From Podarcis pityusensis (Eukaryota), in assembly GCA_964106645.2 (NCBI GenBank), contig OZ067051.1: DNA of 64,000 bases. One strand, 5' to 3'. Position 1 is the first letter of the stretch. Every line of letters begins with the position of its first letter. Under the pieces are notes generated by a model that was given only the letters and a program-made list of their open reading frames with translations, was not told where the DNA came from and did not search any database. Below are positions 44,851 through 64,000 of this stretch, in pieces. The position numbers and the translations under genes were made by a program.

Positions 44851-47561
44851 GCTCACCCAGACTCCCTTTTGTGCTGTGTTTCCAGGCACAGGTCTGGACT
44901 TTAAAGCTTCGTGTCCAAGTGGTATTTTTTTGTCCTGGCGTTTTCCTTGGGAAAATTCACATTTTGGCACTGAATTGAAGCAAACAGCAGTCAAATTTTC
45001 TGTGGATTGCCATTTGGTCTGATTCAGTGGTAGAATGTGAGGTTCCCTGGGGAAAGTGTTGGGACAAAAAAAAAACCCTGGCCGGATACAGAGCTTTAAA
45101 GCATGGACCTGTTCCTGGAAAGCACAGTGCAAAAGGAAGTCAGGATGAGCCCTCAGTATAAGGCAGCATCCTGCACCATACCTTTAAAGTACATTCAAAG
45201 CACATCTCCTGTCCTCAGGAATCCTGGGGATTGTAGTTTACCCTTCACTGTGCTACAATTCCTAGCACCCTTAACAAACTACAGTTCTCAGGATTCTTTG
45301 TGATGTGTGTGCTTTGGATGTGATTTAAAGGTCTGGTGTGTACACAGCCTGTGTTGACCTTCTCTTATGCATCATTTCTCGCTTGGAATCTTGGCTGCAA
45401 ATGCATCCAAAGCCAGGGACTTGATACATAATCTCGTCACCTTTATGATGCGGCTGCTCAAGTATGAGGTTCATTTCTTTCAAGCTGATTCTTCCGTTTT
45501 GCTAACAGAGGCCTAGGATGTGTGGCTAACCTAAACATATTGTTGTTCAAAGCAAGCCTATCCAGATGCTTAGAAATGCTTATGTGAATTTTGATTTGTT
45601 TTAGTACCGGTATTTTAACTTTCTGTCTGTTTATAGTATTGTATTTCACCCCTTGATTTTCTTGTTTTTATCTTTTTGTAAACCACTTTGAGACTTGTTT
45701 GGTTTGTCACAATCAAGTGGTGTACAAAATTTATGAAATAAATAAATAAAAATAATGATATAACTGTCTAACAGTGTTATTTAGTACAGAACGGGGGACT
45801 TGAACATACCAGTTAGTACAGGTCAACAAACCTAGGTAGCTGCCTTATGCTGAATCAAGCATTGGCACTTCTAACACAAGGCTGACCTGCACTTACATCT
45901 CCGTACTTTCTAGGCATGGTCTATGCTTATAGCTCCCATTCCCAACCAAGCAACATTTGCAGGGCACCAGGTTGGGGAAGGTTAGTGTAGGGTGATGTTT
46001 TCTTTGGGAAAGTCATTCAGATGGACCCATTCTCACAAAATATAAACAATTGATTCCTGGGGACTTCAAAAATTGACTTGAGGATCAATGTACTTGTGTA
46101 TATGTAGAAAGAAAACAAAAATGGTATTATTTTATAACTAGATTTCATCTCCCAGAAGTATGGGCATTTATTTGCATTCGAAAGAGAGACAGTAATAAGC
46201 AGAGAGCAACCCTCAGAGAGAGAAACAACCATAAACTCCTTAGGGTAGATGTTCAGGCTCCATTCATCTGCAAATGGCAGATAATGTTTTGCATGAAGAT
46301 GGGGCTTCTATTATTTATAAGGTCAAAAATGTTGGGTCCAACCAATGCTGAAATATCTGCTTAGGTTGGACTGAAGTCCTAAAATATGCACAAGCTCTTC
46401 AGTCCAATCCTTTGCATGTTTACTTGTCCTCCTGAGATGAACGGCAGTTGAGTGTGCATCAATCAGTTTGAAACCCAGCCTAGGGGTATTGCATTTGGAA
46501 ATTAGGTAGCAGCAGAGTCTGTCTTTCTCAGCTGGAAAATGAAATGCCTTTTCTTATTATTTCTCTGACACAAGGCTACCTGGTGTTCCTTCACATTACT
46601 CAAAATAGGGTCTACTCCCAGTGGTGCAGCTGGCATTTTAGACCCTAGACTTAATGGACTTATGAGGTGTGGGTGGGTGCTCTTTAAGTGGCAATATGTA
46701 TTACTTCACTTATTTCAAAATACAGTAAACCAGTTCTGCTGCATTTGCACCCTCCTCGCTTATTCTGTTGGACAGGCCCTGGACGTGTTTCTGCACCAAA
46801 GTCCTTCCTTGGTGGCACCATCTCAGGCAAAGCGCCATAGCTTCTTCATAGAGCATTTAGATGACCTGAGGTTCAATCCCTGGCATCTCTGGATAGGTCC
46901 ATGAAAGACTGCTGTCTGAACCCTGGAGAGCCACCATCAGGATGGACAGTACTGAGCTAAGTGGATCAGTGGACTGATAGTTCAATGCAGCTTCCTCTGT
47001 TCCCAATCCAGTGACCTGGCTGGAAGCAGAGAGGCTGCTGTCACCTGTAATATGAGAACAGCAGAATTTGTGGGCATTTGCAGATTATTGTCTTACACTT
47101 TCGAGTGGTGGCGAATGTATATGGAGGTTTCTATGCTGTAGCTATTGTAGAGCTGGAAGAGGTGCAGAAATCACAATCCAAATGATTAAGATGGCAGAAC
47201 ATGTTTCCAGTTAGGCAAGTTGAGACTTTCCAGCTTAAAGAGAAAGAATATTAAGTGGAATATGACCATGGTGGTGAGGTGGTGTGGGGAAAGAAAGAGA
47301 AAACTTTACTCTCGTTCCATAACATCCATAAAATTAATGAGTGGAAATTGCAGGGAAGCCAACTTTTGTTAAATTCCAGGAGAAACTTCCTTCGGAAAGG
47401 GATGTAGTCACCTGTCTTGCATGCAGGAGATCCCAGGTTCAATCAATCCCCAGCATCTCTAAGTCGGGCTGGGAAAGATTCCTTACCTGAAACCCTGGAG
47501 AGCCAATACTGAGCTAGATGGACCAATTGGCCTGACTCACTATAAAGCAGCTTCTTATGAC

Positions 47562-49878
47562 TCATAGAATCATAGAATCATAGAGTTGGAAGAGACCACA
47601 AGGGCCATCGAGTCCAACCCCCTGCCAAACAGGAAACACCATCAGAGCACTCCTGACATATGGTTGTCAAGCCTCTGCTTAAAGACCTCCAAAGAAGGAG
47701 ACTCCACCACACTCCTTGGCAGCAAATTCCACTGTCGAACAGCTCTTACTGTCAGGAAGTTCTTCCTAATGTTCAGGTGGAATCTTCTTTCTTGTAGTTT
47801 GGATTCATTGCTCCGTGTCCGCTTCTCTGGAGCAGCAGAAAACAACCTTTCTCCCTCCTCTATGTGACATCCTTTTATATATTTGAACATGGCTATCATA
47901 TCACCCCTTAACCTCCTCTTCTCCAGGCTAAACATGCCCAGCTCCCTTAGCCGTTCCTCATAAGGCATCGTTTCCAGGCCTTTGACCATTTTGGTTGCCC
48001 TCCTCTGGACACGTTCCAGTTTGTCAGTGTCCTTCTTGAACTGTGGTGCCCAGAACTGGACACAGTGCTCCAGGTGAGGTCTGACCAGAGCAGAATACAG
48101 TGGCACTATTACTTCCCTTGATCTAGATACTATACTCCTATTGATGCAGCCCAGAATTGCATTGGCTTTTATGGCTGCCGCGTCACACTGTTGGCTCATG
48201 TCAAGTTTGTGGTCAACCAAGACTCCTAGATCCTTTTCACATGTACTGCTCTCAAGCCAGGTGTCCCCCATCTTGTATTTGTGCCTCTCCTTTTTTTTGC
48301 CCAAGTGCAATACTTTACATTTCTCCCTGTTAAAATTCATCTTGTTTGTTTTTGCCCAGTTCTCTAATCTGTCAAGGTCGTTTTGAAGTGTGATCCTGTC
48401 CTCTGGGGTGTTAGCCACCCCTCCCAGTTTGGTGTCATCTGCAAATTTGATCAGGATGCCCTTGAGTCCATCATCCAAGTCGTTGATAAAGATGTTGAAT
48501 AAGACCGGGCCCAAGACAGAACCCTGTGGCACCCCACTAGTCACTCTTCTCCAGGATGAAGAGGAACCATTGATGAGCACCCTTTGGGTTCGGTCAGTCA
48601 GCCAGTTACAAATCCACTGAATGGTAGCATAGTCAAGACCGCATTTTACCAGCTTCTTTACAAGAATATCATGGGGCACCTTGTCAAATGCCTTGCTGAA
48701 ATCAAGGTAGGCTACATCCACTGCGTTCCCTTCATCTACCAGGCTTGTAATTCTGTCAAAAAACGAGATCAGGTTAGTCTGACATGACTTATTTTTCAGA
48801 AATCCATGCTGACTATTGGTGATCACAGCATTCCTTTCTAGGTGCTCACAGACTGTTTGCTTAATGATCTGCTCCAGAATCTTCCCTGGTATTGATGTCA
48901 GACTGACTGGGCGGTAATTATTTGGGTCCTCTCTTTTCCCCTTTTTGAAAATAGGGACAACATTTGCCTTCCTCCAGTCTGCCGGGACTTCGCCTGTTCT
49001 CCAGGAATTCTCAAAGATGACTGCCAGTGGTTCTGAGATCACATCTGCCAGTTCTTTTAATACTCTTGGATGCAGTTCATCTGGCCCTGGAGACTTGAAT
49101 ACATCTAAACTAGCCAAGTATTCTTGTACTATCTCCTTAGTTATTCTGGGCTGTGTTTCCTTTGCTGAATCATTTGCTCCAAATTCTTCAGGTCGGGCAT
49201 TGTTTTCTTTATCGGAGAAGACTGAGGCAAAGAAGGCATTGAGGAGTTCAGCCCTTTCTGTGTCCCCTGTTTGCATTTCACCATCTTCTCCTCTGAGTGA
49301 CCCCACTGTTTCTTTGTTCTTCCTTTTGCTACGAACATACCCATAAAAGCCTTTTTTGTTGCTTTTAACCTCTCTAGCAAGCCTGAGTTCATTCTGTGCT
49401 TTAGCTTTTCTGACTTTGTGTCTACACGTGCTGGCTATTTGTTTGAATTCCTCTTTGGTGGTTTCCCCCCTTTTCCATTTTTTGTACACATCCTTTTTTA
49501 ATCTTAACTCAGTTAAAAGTTCTTTAGATAGCCACCCTGGCTTCTTTAGGCACCTTCCATGTTTCCGTCTCATTGGTATTGCCTGACGTTGTGCTTTTAG
49601 TATCTCCCTCTTAACAAACTCCCAGCCATCATGAACTCCCTTTCCTTTTAGTATTACTGTCCATGGGATCTCACCCAGCACTTCCCTAAGTTTTATGAAG
49701 TCGGCTTTCTTAAAGTCAAGAAATTGAGTCCTAGTATGCTTGGCTGCTCCTTTCCGCTGTATAGTAAACTTCAGAAGAGCATGATCACTCGCGCCTAATG
49801 ATCCTTCCACTTCTACCCCACTAACCAGGTCATCAACATTGGTTAGGACCAGATCTAAAATGGCTGTTCCTCTTGTTG
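47562..49878 (-). mobile_element. CR1 LINE, 5'-truncated, with uninterrupted ORF2 remainder (end of endonuclease + RT)
   Basis: ORF ending at 47642 with NYRPVSLTS, YLDFSKAFDKV, GVPQGSVLGP, FADDTKL; (ATTCTATG)n tail; in SCAMP5 intron 1. Confidence 0.97.
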
Positions 49879-50462
49879 TTATGGCCAGAGCTGATTTCAG
49901 AGTTGGAGGCAGAGGGGCAGGAGACAGTTTTGTTGTCAAGAACCAGGCACCCCCTTCCTTAGTGGGATTAGATGCACCCACTCAGAACAGATACGTGCAC
50001 ACTCAGCAGTCTCGTATGACAAGAGTCCCCCCTGAGTGAGCTCACCCCATCCTTTCTTTAATAACTTGACACAAGGGATGTGTCAACTCTTGGGATATCT
50101 GTGTAATTTCCATTTGGTTATGAACCACTTGCCTTGTTTGTGCATCTTGGAACCTTGACCTCTGGACCCCCTGCTTCCTACTGAGCCTTTACCACTATTA
50201 GCCTGGGAAGTTATCTCTTCCTCACCTACAAGTAAGAGTCATTGCCAACATGTTTTGGGATAGGATCCTGACACTGATTCGTTATATGGCAGCTTTCCTA
50301 TGCAGCCTGTTCACATTTTAAGATTCTGAAAATGCCCATTTGCCCAAGGCTTGATATTTATTCCAGCCTTTCCCAACCTGATGTCCTCTATATGTTGTTG
50401 GATTCCTGCGCCCATCAGTTGCAGCAAACAGGGCTAATGGTCACAAGGGATGGGTTCAAATA

Positions 50463-50704
50463 CAGGGGTACCTCGGGTTAAGTACTTAATTCGTTCTGGA
50501 GGTCTGTTCTTAACCTGAAACTGTTCTTAACCTGAAGCACCACTTTAGCTAATGGGGCCTCCTGCTGCTGCCGTGCCACTGGAGCACGATTTCTGTTCTC
50601 ATCCTGAAGCAAAGTTCTTAACCTGAGGTACTATTTCTGGGTTAGCGGAGTCTGTAACCTGAAGCGTATATAACCTGAAGCATATGTAACCCAAGGTACC
50701 ACTG
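50463..50704. mobile_element. Tigger-like MITE, copy 5
   Basis: Same TIR and TA TSD. Confidence 0.9.
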
Positions 50705-52068
50705 TAGTGATGCGGGGAAGAAAATTTCACAGTGCTTTCTTTTTCCTTGGGAAATATCCCATTTCCTAAGTTTATTAGTAACAGTGAATGGAGTCTAAGT
50801 GAAAATACCTCATTAGACAAACCTGGCAGTTTCAAAGTGTTTAGCTTTGTTTATTAAATGCAGTTTGAATAAACATGCTAGATTAAATCATTCCTTCATC
50901 CACCAGTGAGGAACCTCCAAGCTATTGGCTTAATTAGGCCCAGCAAAGGTCACAGTTGGGTCCCCCAGGCCATTTTCCCCCAACCACACTCACCTGCCCC
51001 ACACCTTACATATGTGATGCCAGGTGTGGGGCAAGTAAATATTTGGCTGCAAATGAGCAATTGGGAACTTAAACTTTCCTCCTGATCATGTCTTGTTTTG
51101 AATCGATTTAACACCTGTATTCCATTTCTTGGTGAGTGGCACTCACTGACAGCACTGATCTGTGAGACCTGCTGGGATTGGCTGCACTAGGGAGTTTCCT
51201 ACTGGGAACTTTCTAGCACAGTTGATGGGAGTTGCTCTTGGTGCTGCTCAGCACATGACAAAACTGCCAATTTGGGGAGGAAAAATGTCCATTTGCAAGA
51301 ACATTTTGATACAAATCACCCCTGTAAACTGACATTAAAAGGGCATACCATAACTGCCAATCAGCTGCTTGGGGGTTATAGCAAGCCTCACTGAATGCAT
51401 TCTCTCAACCCAAATAAGTTGATTAGCCCATCTTCAAAGGGGTCCAATCAGTTGGTTAGTGAGTCCCTCTAAAGTTGTCACCTAATAAGATGATTGGAGG
51501 TGATTGACAGGGCTGCAGCCCAATCCATCTGCTAAAGGTGGCCTGGGGATCTGCCCCACTGGTCAGATTCCGTTCCCCACCCCTGCTCAGAATCATTTCC
51601 TGCAAACTGAAAATTCCCCTATGCAACTTTGACATTTTTCAGAAAAGACACATCTCTTGGGTTCTAGTCCAAAACATTGGGCTGGTATCAGGTTGGGACA
51701 GCCTCCCTTGTTGCATTTATGGAACACTCTCCCCAAGAATGCTTCCCTGGCACTGAATTTAACATCCTTTCGGCACCAAGAGAAGGCACCTTATTTGCTT
51801 TGGCTTTTGTCAAAAGCCACTTAATGCTAATTTTGTTTTTGTTTTCGCTTATTGTTTTGTGCTAGCTTTAATATGGTTGTCATTAGTTTTTAAGTGTTAA
51901 TTGCAAAGTAGGGTGTGACATTAAAACATTTAAGTAAATAAATGAAACGGAAACATTAGTTCTCGGAAAGATCTGTAGATGGTTTTTCATGCTAATCAAT
52001 GTAATGTATAAGTTCAAATCTGAGAACCAGTTCTGAAAACATTTAGTATGGGATAAGCACATATAAGT

Positions 52069-52221
52069 ACCATATTTTTCCGTGTATAAGACTAGGGGTT
52101 TTTTTGCCAAACAATTAGGTTTAAAATTGGGGCTCGTCTTATACACGGGTAGTGCTGAGGGGTGTTTTCTTAATTTGGAGTCCCCTTAATTTGAAGTCTT
52201 ATACATGGAAAAAATACAGGA
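52069..52221. mobile_element. Tc1/mariner-type MITE remnant
   Basis: CCATATTTTTCCGTGTATAAGAC ... GTCTTATACATGGAAAAAATACAGG inverted ends. Confidence 0.6.
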
Positions 52222-52802
52222 TTTGCATATTTTGGTTCTGTCATCCCCCTCTCTCCCACAGTATCTTCTTTTCTTCTGGTGTATATTTTGGAAAATTGCT
52301 GTTTGCCCCTCTGTCTATTCTCTATACATTCAGACACCTCTTGAGGTGTAGACACCAAACTTGGCATGATGGTTCCTGAGATCAAGGGGCAGGTTTTTTT
52401 GTGTATATTTCAATACTATTGAATGCTATTTTGAATCAAGATAGTGGATCGAACCTTTCAAAAGGGCATTGATTTGTGTACCTCTTAAGTTACTGTTAAC
52501 TGTCATGCGGCCTACTGGACGAATCCTCTTCAGAGGAGGACCTGGCACTCCCCAAAGCACATGTTACAGAGGAGCAAGCTGGGTCATTGGGCAGTAAGAC
52601 AGTGGAGGCCAATCTGGGACTTTTAGGGGTCACAGCACCTCAATTTTTCTGCAAGACACAGAGGGCCCCTACACAGAATTGGAGGTGGGAGCTGAGCTAT
52701 CACCATGTCCATGAACTGATTAGCCATGAAGCTGTTTGGGGTAACCTTTGGCCAGTCTTTAAGCCTAGCTTACCTCACAGGGTTGTTGTCAGAATACAGA
52801 TA

Positions 52803-53028
52803 CAGTGGTACCTCAGGTTACATACGCTTCAGGTTACAGACTCTGCTAACCCAGAAATAGTACCTTGGGTTAAGAACTTTGCTTCAGGATGAGAACAGAA
52901 ATCGTGCTCCGGTGGCACGGCAGCAGCAGGAGGCCCCATTGGTTAAAGTGGTGCTTCAGGTTAAGAACAGTTTCAGGTTAAGAACGGACCTCCGGAACGA
53001 ATTAAGTACTTAACCCGAGGTACCACTG
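52803..53028. mobile_element. Tigger-like MITE, copy 6 (inverted relative to copy 5)
   Basis: Same TIR and TA TSD. Confidence 0.9.
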
Positions 53029-54744
53029 TAGAAGGAGAAAGTGCTGTGTAACCTCCTTGAGCTCCTTGGAAGAAAGACAAGGTATCAGTGGAATCAAATG
53101 AAACAATAGGATTGCAAAGAGTATTCAAACCATGGTTTGCAATCCTGGTTTGTGCAGACCTTGTGCAGAAGACTCTAAGCTTAGCATAGGTGTGTCTGTG
53201 CACCATACATTGAAAGCACATACAATAGTTCCAACAAAGAATCCTGGGAACTGTAGTTTGTTCAGGAAGTGCTAGGCATTGTGGCTCTGTGTGGGTAAAC
53301 TACAGTTCCCAGTATTCTCTGGAGGAAGCCACATGCTTTAAGTATATGGTGTTTATGCAGCTATAGAGTCACCTGCTTTAAGTCCTTGGGAATGCATCAA
53401 ACCAATACCTAATCAATGCAAGAAAACAGGGAGATAATCCCCTATGAGGAACAATGCATTCTGCTGTATTTTCATCTTGATGTCATAAGGCAGAAGCTTG
53501 GATTTTTTGGATACATCCTTCAGAAAACATGAGCCAAAGTCTGGGACTGTAGTGCCACTACAGTCAAGCTGGCTGTCCTTGTAGATCTATTCTGGCTCTT
53601 CCTGTCCAGGTCTGCTTCTGTGGATTAGAGAGTAGTGTGGGTCAATGTAGGTCACTCATAGGTTACTCAGGAAGAGCCAGAGGCTAAGTATGTCTGTCCT
53701 ACATTGTAGAACCTTTTTTAACTTCTTAGGCTAAAGCCGGTTTGTTTAGCAACACAGGCTTCTGCTGGACGCTGGCTATGGATGCCTCTAACAGCTTTGC
53801 CTGTCAGTTGCTAGTCAGATCTTGTGCATTTCCAATTTATCTACTTAGGAAAGGAATTCTAATTGACTGGGAAAGAATAGGAAGATGAGCACAATTATTA
53901 TTGTACTGTTAAATGTATATTCCCCCTGCCTGTTTCTCCCAAAGGAGCCCAGGGCGGCAAATACATCAAGCTTAAAATAGCTAAGAAGGCCTTACTCTTT
54001 ATATAATGGTTTGGAAATAAATGTGGCCTTCCAGGCTTCTATATCTGGTTCCCTGGGAATTCTCTCCATGCTGTACCCCTTAATGGCCCTCCTTTGCCCC
54101 CCAAGTGGTTTTGCATGGTTGGAATATGTCCTTGGAATAATGTCTCTTGTTTGTCTGGAGACTAGAGAGGAGTGTGTGTACAAACTATAAACTTTGCATT
54201 CATTTCTCCACCCACATTTGTGTCTGGCCCTGTCCACCACTGGCCTGTGCCTCTAAGAAGCTTGCCCAGAAGGTAACGTGGCTCTCAGCTGGAAAAAAGT
54301 CCCCCACCCTGATTTACATTGATCTTAAGTTTACTGAGGTGGTGATGCTTTTGTTTCGAGTTGTGCCAAGCCACTGCAAATGTTCCCTTGGATTTTGAGC
54401 CAGCAAAGGAAGCAAATTGCACAATTAGGCCTGGTCTATCAGAAGTGGAAAGCCTTGCATGTCAAAGACATGTTTATCCCTAGTCTCTTCCTTTAACATC
54501 ATATCTGTTGTCATTGAAGTCTTGGGAGCACACACAATTCATAAAGCTAGCCCAGTACTTGATTGTTTCTCTCAAACAAGCAGGAAGTGCCTGGCTCCAA
54601 TCAGATACAAATAAGTTCAGTGTCATCTGGTGGCAAAACTATATAATGATGCTATCCACATAACTGTTCCCTGATTTCTTTCAGCTTTATTGGTGGTGTG
54701 ACAAGTTCTTCTGTCTATCTGTGGAATAAAGACTGAGCGACATC

Positions 54745-62855
<8,111 letters not shown>

Positions 62856-64000
62856 GGTGTGACCTTCCCCACCCAACTAGAACTTCCCGAGTGAGATGTG
62901 AACCTGAGAGGGTTGTGACTTGAAGTGGGCAGGAAGAACTGGAGGAGAGCGTGTGTGTTTCTCTGTGTATGTAAATTCCACTGTATAGAAGGGTTGGCGC
63001 AGGGCGGGCTGTATAATAGCCTCCTTGATGGGATGGAGGCATGTCAAAATTGTTATTCTTCCTCCACCCTTTGACTTTGTTCTAGGATAATTGTCCTTGG
63101 AGATAATTTGTTCTCTCTCTCCCACTCCCCCCAATCTGAAGAAGCTGTTGCGTTGACATGCAGGACTATTGTGTCGTGCTGTAGTGACTGTACATGTGTG
63201 TGCTGGTCTCCCTTCCCCTTTTGTGAAACAATGTACAGTGGTGGTTTTTAAATTTTACTGTGTTGGTAGATGATATTATAGCTGCATCAGCCGGGGTGAG
63301 CGTGGAGAGCCCAAACATTCAAGAGCTGCTAAAGGGACACTCTGGGGGTTTCATGAATAACCCAGTTCACAATAGCTGCCGGCTGCAAGAACTTTGTCGG
63401 GTTCATTCTGTCTCAGCTATTTGCAACTTATACTGTATAGAACAGGGTTAGGGAGCCTGTGACCCTTTGGGTGTTATGGTCTCCAACTCCCATCAGCCCT
63501 GGCCAGCATGGTCAGAGATGATGGGCGTAGTAATCCAAAACCTGGGGGGGCTGCATGTTTATGACGTAGGGCATTGCTGGCTTATTAGCGTTAAAACCCT
63601 GCTCTTTTTCACACTCTCTCTCCACTCTCAAAACCAGAGCTCAACCTTTTCATTCCATGCTGATCCACCAGAGGTTACCACTTACCTTAACGTGTGGTAT
63701 TATAAACAGGTCCATTTACTCTTCCGATGTATCGATAGGAAGGCAGTGCTAGTGCGTGGCTTAAAAAACAAAGTTGTGAGCAGTGCTGTAGAGCTGCCCT
63801 GTTTGAACTGGAGCAGACCTCTGTGTTCAGTATGAACCACATTCCAAACATGCCCCCAACCCCAGAAGCCCCATATCTAGAATCATGGAGAGGATCTTGT
63901 TCCCTTCTGGACAAGCTTTCAAGGGCCATGTGCTGGTGGTGTGCAGGGCCAGAGGCAAAACCAAGTGGAGCTATGAACGCCTGTGTTACTTTTGTACAGC

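Noticed and set aside
49879-49981. N-terminal extension of the 779-aa CR1 ORF (MGASNPTKEGG...)
   Set aside because: Starts at a non-ATG codon in flanking DNA beyond the truncation point; chance open frame, no evidence of domestication

Overview
Vertebrate genomic DNA, almost certainly a squamate and probably a lacertid lizard (inferred from Bov-B, CR1, L2 and Squam-like SINE repeats). Five spliced genes can be reconstructed by hand from GT-AG sites with consistent reading phase: the 5' part of PATL2 (- strand, runs off the left edge), then complete B2M (118 aa), TRIM69 (504 aa), TERB2 (218 aa) and SCAMP5 (235 aa) on the + strand. Recognisable regulatory sites are an ISRE / NF-kB / X-Y module at B2M, an ISRE plus an E2F-type site at TERB2, and a canonical REST RE1 site at SCAMP5. 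Introns and spacers are packed with transposons, often nested and with intact target-site duplications (TSDs): a young CR1, an RTE-X-like LINE, Bov-B, L2 3' ends, tRNA SINEs, and several hAT and Tigger-like MITE families. I found no clear-cut new multi-gene system. The best leads are the ISRE at the meiotic gene TERB2, a possible in-frame B2M-TRIM69 read-through, an N-glycosylation sequon and lost tyrosine in B2M, a PATL1-like N-terminal exon in PATL2, and inverted MITEs bracketing SCAMP5 exons 2-5. Orthologue comparisons are from memory, not from a database search.
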